32,000 bases of DNA from Lysinibacillus phage vB_LfM_LysYB1. Position 1 is the stretch's first letter; each line of letters begins with the position of its first letter. Positions 24,761 to 32,000 of this stretch are shown here, piece after piece. Position numbers and translations under genes: made by a program. The notes beneath the pieces were generated by a model that did not search any database, was not told the origin of the DNA, and saw only the letters and a list, made by a program, of their open reading frames with translations. The stretch lies in the sequence record OP628075.1, one strand, 5' to 3'.

Positions 24761-27436
24761 ATGGATTGTAAACTATGTGAAATATCCCAACATTGTCGCA
24801 AGAGTCTTCTTATGGGAACTGGAAAGAAAGCAGCTAGAATCATGTTTGTGGCAGATAATCCAACTGACTTCGAGGATAAACAGAGAAAGTGGATGGTTGG
24901 CAAGGCTGGAAACCTGTTTAAGAATGTGTTAGAACAAGTGGGGATAAACCTTGAAGACTGTTATTTCACAGGCGCTGTGAAGTGTCCTACTCCCGATGAT
25001 GGAAAAGGGCAACGACAACCATTGAAAGACGAAATTGAGAACTGTTCTCCATACTTGGATGCGGAAATTGAGGTTATCGACCCTGAAATTATAGTTCCTT
25101 TGGGAAACGTTGCTTTGAAGAAAGTGTATGGTAAAACAGGGATAACAAAATTCAGAGGAAAGGCTGTTGAGGATAAGAATGGGAGGATTGTATTTCCAAT
25201 CCTTCATCCAGATATTATATTCAGACAACCGAAACACGCCGAGAACTTTGCGAAGGACATACAGAACCTAGCTATCTTGCTAGACTCTGGGAAGGGCTTC
25301 CTGGAACGTAGTGATGTAGATTATCGCTATCTTGAAACGTATGAAGAAATAGAGGAAGAAGTGAACCGACTAGAAGAAGAAGCTGAATGGCTCGTATTCG
25401 ACTTGGAGACCACTTCCCTGAACCCGTTCTTACCGAACCAGAAAATTGTATGTATATCCTTAACAGATAAACATCACTACGGTGTTACGATTCCATTAGA
25501 GCATAAAGAGTTTGTCTGGCCAGGTATTATACTGGATAAGATTAAAGGGCTGTTAAAACGATTGCTAGAACATAATAAACGCATCAAGAAAGTAGCCCAT
25601 AACGGTAAGTTCGATATGAAGTGGTTGTTAGCTAAGTACGGAATTGATGTATCAAACTTCGCTTTTGACCCTATGTTAGCACACTATGTAGCCGTAACAG
25701 AAGAACGTGGTGGACACGGACTGAAAGAACTTGCTTGGGAACATACGGATATGGGCGGATATGACAACGCTCTTGACGAGTATAAAGCAACGCTTCCTGA
25801 AGCTATCCGACACAACTATGATAATATTCCTTGGAAAATCCTTCGAGAGTACGCTGCAGCCGATGTTGACTGTACAATGCGTTTGATTCCTGTGTTTAAG
25901 CCTATGATTGAGGCGAATCCAAAGTGGAAAGAAGCGTATGACAAATTATTCATTCTAGGCTCTTATGCTCTGCGAGACATTGAGATGAACGGTATTAAAC
26001 TAAGCGAGGAACGTCTTGCTGAATTTGACACTGTTTTCCCTGAGCGTATTAAAGAGATAGAGGATAAACTGAGACAATACCCAGAAGTCATTCAAATTGA
26101 GCGAGAGAAGCTTAAAATGTTTGAGACGAGACAGCTGGAAATGAAGAAGCCGAAAGCGGAGCGCGACCCTGAAATATTAAAGTGGAACAAGTACAAGAAC
26201 TTCAAATTCAACTTTGGCTCTGTAGTACAGTTAAGAGAACTCTTATTCGAACGACTAGGACTGACCACTCCATTCTTGACCGATAAGGGCGATGAGAAGC
26301 GACGAAAGAGACAGGAAATCACTATTGATGAAATGTCAACAGGCAGTGAAACGCTGGAATACCTAGAGGACAAACATCCAATAGCAAGTTTGTTGTCTGA
26401 GTGGAGAAAGCTTGATAAACTGTACGGAACATACATCGCACCAGCTAATACTTGGATAGGCGAAGACGGACTGGTACACCCTACATTCAACCTAACGGGA
26501 ACTGTAACAACGCGTCTGTCATCGGAAGCCCCTAACGCACAAAACTTCCCGAGGAAGTCCAACGACCCATTTGCATTCAACTATAAATATGGAGTTAAGA
26601 AGTTGTTTGTGAGTCGCTTTGGCGATGATGGTGTAATAATGCAGTTTGACTACTCACAATTAGAGTTACGTGTTGCTGCCATGTTCTCGAATGACCCTCA
26701 ACTGTTACAAGCTTATCGTGACGGGAAAGACCTTCATATATACGCTGCGGCAAAAGTACGAGGGATTCCAGAGGAAGATGTAACTGATGATATGCGTACA
26801 GCAGCGAAAGCTGTAAACTTCGGTCTTTTGTATGGTAAGGGTGCGCGTTCCCTGGCTGAAGATATGAAGATGACTCTTGAGGAAGCACAGGACTTCATTG
26901 ATAAATACTTCGAAGAGTTCAAAGGGGTTAAGAAGTGGCTTGACGATACTCGTAAAAAACTTAAACAAGAGAAACACGTTGAAACGCTCACAGGGTTATG
27001 GCGACGACTACCTGGTGTTGACTCAAATGACAGAGGGGTTCAAGCAGATGCTCAACGTCAAGGCGTAAACAGCCCAATCCAAGGTAGTGGCGCGAATATG
27101 ACCATGATGTCCATTATCCTTATTAACGATGAATTTAAGAAACAAAACTTGAAATCAAAAATTGCTATTACAGTGCACGACTCCATAGTTGCGGATACTC
27201 ATATCACTGAAATAAAACAAGTTTACACAATAATGAAAGGTATTATGGAGAACCTTCCATTTGATTGGATTACTGTTCCTATTATCTCTGATGCCGAGAT
27301 TGGACGTGACTATGGTACGTTGGTTGGTATTGACGATATTGACGCTGTACTGGAAGAGGGCGTGTTTGAATTCATAGATAGAGAAGTGGAAGAGAAACAC
27401 CAAAAAGCCTTGAAAAAGGCGCAGAAATCGGCATAG
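24761..27436 (+). CDS. polA: family A DNA polymerase with N-terminal family-4-like UDG domain and 3'-5' exonuclease domain
   Basis: N-terminus CKLC...VGKAGNLFKNVLEQVGI...VKCPTPD...NCSPYL...ILHPDIIFR; exo LVFDLETTSLNPF; pol MQFDYSQLELRVAAMFS and VHDSIV. Confidence 0.93.
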   Translation: MDCKLCEISQHCRKSLLMGTGKKAARIMFVADNPTDFEDKQRKWMVGKAGNLFKNVLEQVGINLEDCYFTGAVKCPTPDDGKGQRQPLKDEIENCSPYLDAEIEVIDPEIIVPLGNVALKKVYGKTGITKFRGKAVEDKNGRIVFPILHPDIIFRQPKHAENFAKDIQNLAILLDSGKGFLERSDVDYRYLETYEEIEEEVNRLEEEAEWLVFDLETTSLNPFLPNQKIVCISLTDKHHYGVTIPLEHKEFVWPGIILDKIKGLLKRLLEHNKRIKKVAHNGKFDMKWLLAKYGIDVSNFAFDPMLAHYVAVTEERGGHGLKELAWEHTDMGGYDNALDEYKATLPEAIRHNYDNIPWKILREYAAADVDCTMRLIPVFKPMIEANPKWKEAYDKLFILGSYALRDIEMNGIKLSEERLAEFDTVFPERIKEIEDKLRQYPEVIQIEREKLKMFETRQLEMKKPKAERDPEILKWNKYKNFKFNFGSVVQLRELLFERLGLTTPFLTDKGDEKRRKRQEITIDEMSTGSETLEYLEDKHPIASLLSEWRKLDKLYGTYIAPANTWIGEDGLVHPTFNLTGTVTTRLSSEAPNAQNFPRKSNDPFAFNYKYGVKKLFVSRFGDDGVIMQFDYSQLELRVAAMFSNDPQLLQAYRDGKDLHIYAAAKVRGIPEEDVTDDMRTAAKAVNFGLLYGKGARSLAEDMKMTLEEAQDFIDKYFEEFKGVKKWLDDTRKKLKQEKHVETLTGLWRRLPGVDSNDRGVQADAQRQGVNSPIQGSGANMTMMSIILINDEFKKQNLKSKIAITVHDSIVADTHITEIKQVYTIMKGIMENLPFDWITVPIISDAEIGRDYGTLVGIDDIDAVLEEGVFEFIDREVEEKHQKALKKAQKSA

Positions 27437-27448
27437 GAGAGAATTGTT

Positions 27449-27724
27449 ATGACCAAAATCAAATTTTTAGGTATAATTAGTGGGTTCAAGGTATATAATA
27501 TTTTTGAGTACATTACTCAAATAGGACACCTTGGAGGAATGTTAATGCCTACCTATATGAAGGAAATCGAGAAGTTGCAACGTAAGAAAGTGGATGGGTA
27601 CATTATGACAAATGATTCCAATGGAGTCACTGTGAGTTGTACTCCTAAATTTGTCAATGCTTGGATTGCTCGCGGATTTAGAGTTGTCGAACAAAAGCCT
27701 GTTACTCTTATTACGAATAATTGA
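27449..27724 (+). CDS. small hypothetical protein, paralog of 28097-28276
   Basis: 91 aa; C-terminus KKVDGYIMTNDSNGVTVSCTPKFVNAWIARGFRVVEQKPVTLI. Confidence 0.7.
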   Translation: MTKIKFLGIISGFKVYNIFEYITQIGHLGGMLMPTYMKEIEKLQRKKVDGYIMTNDSNGVTVSCTPKFVNAWIARGFRVVEQKPVTLITNN

Positions 27725-27730
27725 TGACTA

Positions 27731-27758
27731 GGGGAGCTGAAAAGTTCCCCATTTTTCT
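27731..27758 (+). terminator. intrinsic terminator
   Basis: GGGGAGCT-GAAA-AGTTCCCC then ATTTTTCT. Confidence 0.8.
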
Positions 27759-27784
27759 ATTCAAGTATGTTTCTTTTAATCGTT

Positions 27785-27837
27785 GTTTAAGAGAAGTTTA
27801 AGAGCGCTTAAATTAATGTTTAAGAGGGTTTTAAGAG
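27785..27837. repeat. phased short repeat array (GTTTAAGAG, 11-bp register)
   Basis: Copies begin at 27785, 27796, 27818 and (TTTTAAGAG) 27829; a degenerate unit sits in the 27807 register. Confidence 0.8.
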
Positions 27838-27910
27838 CTATTTAGTAAAAGAGGGGTATTTTACCTTCATTACAACTTATTGTGTATATACAACATTTAC
27901 AACAAGTATT

Positions 27911-27950
27911 TAGAAAAATTTAGAATAAAATAGAAAAATTTAGAAATATT
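27911..27950. repeat. 20-bp tandem duplication, AT-rich
   Basis: TAGAAAAATTTAGAATAAAA followed by TAGAAAAATTTAGAAATATT. Confidence 0.85.
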
Positions 27951-27963
27951 TAAGAGTTTGTGC

Positions 27964-27992
27964 TTGAAATGACGCTTGTTATCAGTTATTAT
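27964..27992 (+). promoter_or_regulatory. sigmaA-type promoter candidate
   Basis: TTGAAA (27964-27969), 17-bp spacer, TATTAT (27987-27992). Confidence 0.5.
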
Positions 27993-28096
27993 AGGTAGTG
28001 TACGAACAGTACATTCATAATAGAGTATGCTATACAATATTTAATAATACTCGCAGATAATATGAACAATGACTATATAGTAAAGGCGGAACTGTT

Positions 28097-28276
28097 ATGC
28101 GAAACAAGAAGAAAGGAAAGAACTTCATTGAAAACCTAAAGAAGGAGAGAATGGGTTATGTCATGAAGAATGATTCCAACGGTATAGAAATTAAATGTAC
28201 AGAAGAGTTCGTTGACGCTTGGAAAGCAAGAGGATTCAAAATAGTATCTAACCAACCAATAAAATTAGTTGACTAA
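28097..28276 (+). CDS. 59-aa hypothetical protein, absent from the supplied ORF track; paralog of 27449-27724
   Basis: ATG at 28097 after AAAGGCGG; MRNKKKGKNFIENLKKERMGYVMKNDSNGIEIKCTEEFVDAWKARGFKIVSNQPIKLVD. Confidence 0.75.
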   Translation: MRNKKKGKNFIENLKKERMGYVMKNDSNGIEIKCTEEFVDAWKARGFKIVSNQPIKLVD

Positions 28277-28337
28277 TACATCTATAGAAGTACATCAGAG
28301 ACCTCTCATTACATGGGTTCGGTAGTATTTCCCAATC

Positions 28338-28361
28338 GACGGCTGCAAAGCCGTCTTTTTT
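28338..28361 (+). terminator. intrinsic terminator
   Basis: GACGGCT-gcaa-AGCCGTC then TTTTTT. Confidence 0.85.
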
Positions 28362-28398
28362 ATTTGTTCAAATTACATAAGAAATACATAGAAATCAA

Positions 28399-28430
28399 GG
28401 GGTGCCACTTTACAGTGGTGCTCCTTTTTT
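28399..28430 (+). terminator. second intrinsic terminator in tandem
   Basis: GGGGTGCCACT-ttac-AGTGGTGCTCC (3 G-U pairs) then TTTTTT. Confidence 0.8.
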
Positions 28431-28443
28431 ATTGCATAAAATC

Positions 28444-28474
28444 GGGAGAAAAATTTGTCAGAACAGCTTTATTT
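28444..28474 (+). promoter_or_regulatory. middle-type promoter candidate
   Basis: GGGAGA (28444-28449), 18-bp gap, TTTATTT (28468-28474). Confidence 0.55.
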
Positions 28475-28506
28475 ATAGCATAACGAACGAAAGGAGGGAA
28501 CAGTGG

Positions 28507-29022
28507 TTGAGCATTGAAGTTGAGATGGATTCATTCAACTTGTTGAACATCACCTTGAAGCTTCGCAACGGCGATACAAGGGAGTTCAACATAAAAGATG
28601 AATTAGCAATCAGCAAGGCTACTCTGAATGAAGACGTTATAGAACAACCTGGAAAATTTGCTTGGTGGGCAGCTGTGGCGGAACAGGCGAAACATCAGCG
28701 AGACCACGCAGAAACCGAGCTAGACAAGGCGGAAGCGCAGGCTGACTACAATGTTCGATTGAAGCTAGAGTTAGACGGCATCAAAATCACAGAAGCTCTT
28801 GTAAAGCAGAAAATAAAGCTTGACAAGGAGTATATAAGCGCTTTGAACACCTACAATCTAGCGAAAAAGAACGCTGCTACTTTGGATAAGGTTGTGAAAG
28901 CCTTTGACCAGAGATTGGAAGCTCTTATCAATTTAGGGGCTAACCTGAGAAAAGAAGAAAACAACGCAGACATTAGTCTGAAAGGAATGCAAGACAAGGC
29001 GAGGACTATCACAAACAAGTAA
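28507..29022 (+). CDS. hypothetical protein, possibly a recombination/ssDNA-binding accessory (UvsY-like position)
   Basis: 171 aa from TTG 28507 after AAAGGAGGG; helical/coiled-coil composition; adjacent to SSB and RecA. Confidence 0.55.
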   Translation: MSIEVEMDSFNLLNITLKLRNGDTREFNIKDELAISKATLNEDVIEQPGKFAWWAAVAEQAKHQRDHAETELDKAEAQADYNVRLKLELDGIKITEALVKQKIKLDKEYISALNTYNLAKKNAATLDKVVKAFDQRLEALINLGANLRKEENNADISLKGMQDKARTITNK

Positions 29023-29038
29023 CAGATTCAGAGTTTTC

Positions 29039-29132
29039 GTCTTGTGGCGTGACGGCTGACTAATGCGATAGTTTTTGACCTCTTTCCAAGAACATCACCT
29101 CTACACATTAGTCAGTCATCACGTCGCAGGAC
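29039..29132 (+). promoter_or_regulatory. long imperfect hairpin in the ssDNA-binding protein leader
   Basis: 29039-29065 pairs with 29106-29132: 27 positions, 1 mismatch (C29053/A29118), 4 G-U pairs, 40-nt loop. Confidence 0.75.
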
Positions 29133-29199
29133 ACTCTGTGACGTAAGCTGTTTGAGGAAACTCAACCTGTAAAAACAACCTGTGAGGAGAGTGTACAAT

Positions 29200-30009
29200 A
29201 TGGGATTAAACATTGACAAACTGAAGGCAAAGTTGGCGGAAACGCAAGAGCGTATGAAAGGGAACGGTGGTGGCGGTGACTTCAAGTTCTGGTCTCCAAA
29301 ACATGGACGAAATGTAATTCGTATTCTACCGCCAAAGACTGGTTCTGAAGATTTCTATGCTGAAGCTCGTGTTCACTACAACGTTGGACCAGATAAAAAG
29401 ATGGTTACTTGTGGTAAAACGGCGAGAAGTACTTGTGCGGTATGCGACTTTGTTGATGCTTTGTACAAAACTAAAGACAAGGAAGATGAGAAGCTTGCTA
29501 AGCGTATGCGAGCAACTTCACGCTATTATTTCAACGTGGTTGACCGTTCTGTTGAAGAAGGAACAGAAGACTATGGTGAAATCCTTGTTTTTGGGTCTGG
29601 ACCAACGATTTTCACAAACATCTTAGGCATAATTGTTGACCCAGATTATGGCGACATAACTAATTCTGAAAAAGGTCGCGATGTAATTATTGTGAAATCA
29701 GGAAAAGGTTTGGATACGGAATACCAAACAAATGCTCGACCTGCAGAAACAGCTGTTGGAATTGAAGACTTTGACGAGAAAGCTATTGACTTGACAGTCT
29801 TCACTAAACCAAAATCTGACGAGGATATGGAAGCTATTCTGGAAGGTAAAGAGCCGTCTGGTAATAGTGACGAGAAAGAAGACAATCCAAGCAATTCCAC
29901 AGGTAATAGCAGTGACGCCCCTAAAAATGAAGAGGTTGCTGGCGGAGATACTGAGCAAGACGACATTGAGGCAGAAATTGCCGCTGTGTTGAACAAGCAC
30001 AACAAGTAA
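29200..30009 (+). CDS. phage single-stranded DNA-binding protein (gp32-like organisation)
   Basis: GGGDFKFWSPKHGRNVIRILPPKTG...TCGKTARSTCAVCDFVDALY; acidic C-terminal region; ATG 29200 after GTGAGGAGAG. Confidence 0.75.
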   Translation: MGLNIDKLKAKLAETQERMKGNGGGGDFKFWSPKHGRNVIRILPPKTGSEDFYAEARVHYNVGPDKKMVTCGKTARSTCAVCDFVDALYKTKDKEDEKLAKRMRATSRYYFNVVDRSVEEGTEDYGEILVFGSGPTIFTNILGIIVDPDYGDITNSEKGRDVIIVKSGKGLDTEYQTNARPAETAVGIEDFDEKAIDLTVFTKPKSDEDMEAILEGKEPSGNSDEKEDNPSNSTGNSSDAPKNEEVAGGDTEQDDIEAEIAAVLNKHNK

Positions 30010-30016
30010 TGCCGCA

Positions 30017-30048
30017 AGGGTGGCCATAGCGGTCACCCTTCTATTTTA
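30017..30048 (+). terminator. terminator-like hairpin
   Basis: AAGGGTGGCC / GGTCACCCTT 10-bp stem, tail CTATTTT. Confidence 0.6.
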
Positions 30049-30066
30049 ACCTTGGAGGGATAAACA

Positions 30067-31140
30067 ATGGCACCTGAGAGAAAACCAATTAAAGCCGACA
30101 CAAAGACAAAACCTGCAACAAAGAAATCTCCAACACCACCTACCGACGAACAGCTAGATGACTTTGAAGCTGCGTTGGTATTAGATATGAACAAAACGTT
30201 TGCTGAGTCTTCTATGTTATTAGACGACACGGACAAAGGACAGGTAACATTTTGGCTCCCATCAGGAAACCCTTGGCTTGATAAAGAGCTTGGGGGCGGT
30301 TATCCTGGAGGGCGAATAATTGAGATTTATGGTCCAGAGTCTAACGGTAAGACAACTGTAGCGCTACATGCTATTGCTGAAACACAGAAACTCGGAGGAA
30401 CAGCTATTTTCTTAGATACAGAACACGCTCTGGATAAGCGACGAGCTGAAGCAATCGGCGTAAACCTGAAGAAGCTTATCTATGCGCAACCCGAGACTAT
30501 GGAAACCTTGTTTGAGTATATAGAAGAGATTGTGCTCAAGATTAAGGAGAAAGCGCCTGACCGAGTTGTTACAATCGTGTGGGACTCTGTAGCAGCTACG
30601 CCTACAAAGTCAGAAATTGAAGGTGACTACGGCGACGCTGTAATGGGTATCCACGCCCGTATCATGTCTCAAGCGTTCCGTAAGATTACAAAGATTATCT
30701 CAAGCCACAAAGTTGTCTTTATCTGTATCAACCAAGTACGTGATAAGATGAACGTGAGCTACGGCGAGAAAACTTCTACATTCGGTGGACGTGCTCTGAA
30801 GTTCTACGCTACTCAACGTTTACAGGTTACTCGTGTTGGTAACTACAAAGAGGGCGATGTAATCAAAGGAATCCAATGTGAAGCTACTGTCAAAAAGAAC
30901 AAAGTCGCTCCTCCATTCGGAGTTGCTAAGTTCAATATCCTATTCCGAAACGAGAATGCTGGCATGGATGCGTATGGCTCTCTGTTGGATGGAGGATTTG
31001 AGGCTGGAATCTTTGGCACAAGCAAAGGGTGGTTTGACATAGACGGTAAGAAGTACCGCCGTGCGGAAGCCACTGAATACTTGATGGCCAACCCTGATAA
31101 GTTCCAACTATATTTTGACACTATGGTTTCTGCGCAATAA
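30067..31140 (+). CDS. recA: RecA-family recombinase
   Basis: RIIEIYGPESNGKTTVALHAIAETQKLGGTAIFLDTEHALD, VTIVWDSVAA, VVFICINQVRDKM. Confidence 0.93.
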   Translation: MAPERKPIKADTKTKPATKKSPTPPTDEQLDDFEAALVLDMNKTFAESSMLLDDTDKGQVTFWLPSGNPWLDKELGGGYPGGRIIEIYGPESNGKTTVALHAIAETQKLGGTAIFLDTEHALDKRRAEAIGVNLKKLIYAQPETMETLFEYIEEIVLKIKEKAPDRVVTIVWDSVAATPTKSEIEGDYGDAVMGIHARIMSQAFRKITKIISSHKVVFICINQVRDKMNVSYGEKTSTFGGRALKFYATQRLQVTRVGNYKEGDVIKGIQCEATVKKNKVAPPFGVAKFNILFRNENAGMDAYGSLLDGGFEAGIFGTSKGWFDIDGKKYRRAEATEYLMANPDKFQLYFDTMVSAQ

Positions 31141-31143
31141 TGT

Positions 31144-31175
31144 AAAGAGAGCTGAAAAGCTCTCTTTTATTTTTG
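31144..31175 (+). terminator. intrinsic terminator after recA
   Basis: AAAGAGAGCT-gaaa-AGCTCTCTTT perfect 10-bp stem, tail TATTTTT. Confidence 0.9.
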
Positions 31176-31195
31176 GAAAAGTTTCATAAAAACAC

Positions 31196-31224
31196 TTGAC
31201 GGTTGTAACCATATAGGATATGAT
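31196..31224 (+). promoter_or_regulatory. sigmaA-type promoter (repeated cassette)
   Basis: TTGACG (31196-31201), 17-bp spacer, TATGAT (31219-31224). Confidence 0.8.
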
Positions 31225-31267
31225 TAACTTGTAAGATAATACTGAGTGAACAGGAGAGGTTAAAACA

Positions 31268-31576
31268 ATGTACAAGATTGATAAAATTGATATGAGCGTG
31301 TTAGACTTTGCTATTTCAGTTATGCTGGAAGAAGGAAACAAACTTCCAGTTGAGATTGTGAAGGAAGTATCCGAGGTGCAAAATATTCCAAAGTATTTAG
31401 TTCAAGAGATTATTGCTGACCACCAGAACTACGTAAGAAAGATTCAGCGTTGTATCGCTACTAACCACAACGAAGGAAAATGGATTGTGGATGAATCGTA
31501 CGGTGGACCAGAACACGGATATATAGGGTATCGTTGTAAGAAATGCGGATTCTCTACTGCTAGTCAGTTGTATTAA
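31268..31576 (+). CDS. hypothetical protein
   Basis: 102 aa ORF, CAGGAGAGG RBS; C-terminal YRCKKCGFST. Confidence 0.75.
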   Translation: MYKIDKIDMSVLDFAISVMLEEGNKLPVEIVKEVSEVQNIPKYLVQEIIADHQNYVRKIQRCIATNHNEGKWIVDESYGGPEHGYIGYRCKKCGFSTASQLY

Positions 31577-31620
31577 TTCACACATATTTTAAATAATGTA
31601 AGACCTTATAACAACATAGC

Positions 31621-31653
31621 AAAGCCCTGCCTGAAAAGGCGGGGCTTTTTTGT
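31621..31653 (+). terminator. intrinsic terminator
   Basis: AAAGCCCTGCCT-gaaa-AGGCGGGGCTTT (one G-U) then TTT. Confidence 0.9.
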
Positions 31654-31662
31654 GCGTAAAAC

Positions 31663-31693
31663 AGGAGAAAATTCAGTTTTGTACGGTTTATTT
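31663..31693 (+). promoter_or_regulatory. middle-type promoter candidate upstream of the exonuclease
   Basis: AGGAGA (31663-31668), 18-bp gap, TTTATTT (31687-31693). Confidence 0.6.
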
Positions 31694-31721
31694 AGTTGTA
31701 AGTTGATAAGGAGGGAATAAC

Positions 31722-32000
31722 ATGAAACTGTTGATTGATGCGAACAATACCGCGTATCGAGCATGGAAAACGACGAACCTGACAACCAAGCAGGGCGAAA
31801 ACGTATCAGCCATTTATGGAATGATACAAATGGTTCAGAGCTACCTGAAACCATCACAAGGGAACTACAAGAACAAAATGTTAGACTCAATTCGATTGTA
31901 CCAAGAAAACGATGACATAGTGTTCTCAGATGTCGTGGCTTGCTGGGATAACGGGAAATCTGCGCAACGTATGGCATTGTTCCCTGAGTATAAAGCCAAC
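31722..32000 (+). CDS. 5'-3' exonuclease / FEN-family, truncated by window end
   Basis: Open to the window edge, hence absent from the ORF track: MKLLIDANNTAYRAWKTTNLTT...VSAIYGMIQMVQSYL...DIVFSDVVACWDNGKSAQRMALFPEYKAN. Confidence 0.85.
   Translation, partial: MKLLIDANNTAYRAWKTTNLTTKQGENVSAIYGMIQMVQSYLKPSQGNYKNKMLDSIRLYQENDDIVFSDVVACWDNGKSAQRMALFPEYKAN

Noticed and set aside
27785-27837. TRAP-like (GAG/TAG triplet) RNA binding array or CRISPR
   Set aside because: Triplet spacing (8 nt between GAGs) does not fit TRAP sites, and repeats are far too short and close for CRISPR.
27865-27900. DnaA box near TTATTGTGT / TACAAC repeats
   Set aside because: Does not match TTATNCACA on either strand well enough to claim.
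29646-30036. Two overlapping minus-strand ORFs (123 and 112 aa)
   Set aside because: Both antisense to the ssDNA-binding protein acidic region; the Ser/Leu-rich translation is an artefact of GAA/GAT-rich codons.
1-32000. tRNA genes, homing endonucleases, inteins, transposases or integrase
   Set aside because: No clover-leaf-like sequence, HNH/GIY-YIG/LAGLIDADG motif or mobile-element ORF was recognised, though tRNA detection by eye is not exhaustive.

Overview
This window reads as one densely packed replication, recombination and nucleotide-metabolism module of a large virulent phage of a Gram-positive host. All credible genes are on the + strand. Gene order: replication initiator/organizer-like protein, DnaB-like helicase, SbcD/SbcC-like (gp47/gp46-like) nuclease pair, zinc-ribbon protein, DnaG-like primase, dUTPase, thymidine kinase, resolvase-like nuclease, class I RNR (NrdE-NrdI-NrdF), regulatory small ORFs including a Myb/SANT-like protein and a sigma-region-2-like protein, a candidate thymine-hypermodification cluster, a thymidylate synthase/dUMP hydroxymethylase homolog, a HAD phosphatase, an HU-like protein, a UDG-PolA fusion polymerase, ssDNA-binding protein, RecA, and the start of a 5'-3' exonuclease. 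The most interesting parts are: (i) a probable DNA base-hypermodification locus (about 16.9-23.0 kb) with an aGPT-PPlase-like domain fused through a Pro/Glu linker to an Fe-S-less TIM-barrel-like C-terminus, a 5hmU-DNA-kinase-like P-loop protein and an HMUDK-helical-like protein; (ii) nine AGGAGA-like/TTTATTT-like boxes with near-invariant spacing, resembling SPO1-type middle promoters; (iii) a sigmaA-type promoter plus leader cassette repeated three times; (iv) a non-coding 27.76-28.09 kb region with an 11-bp-phased GTTTAAGAG array and a 20-bp tandem repeat (candidate origin), flanked by two paralogous small ORFs, one missing from the supplied ORF track; (v) a 27-bp imperfect hairpin in the leader of the ssDNA-binding protein gene. 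All homology statements come from remembered motifs; no database search was run.
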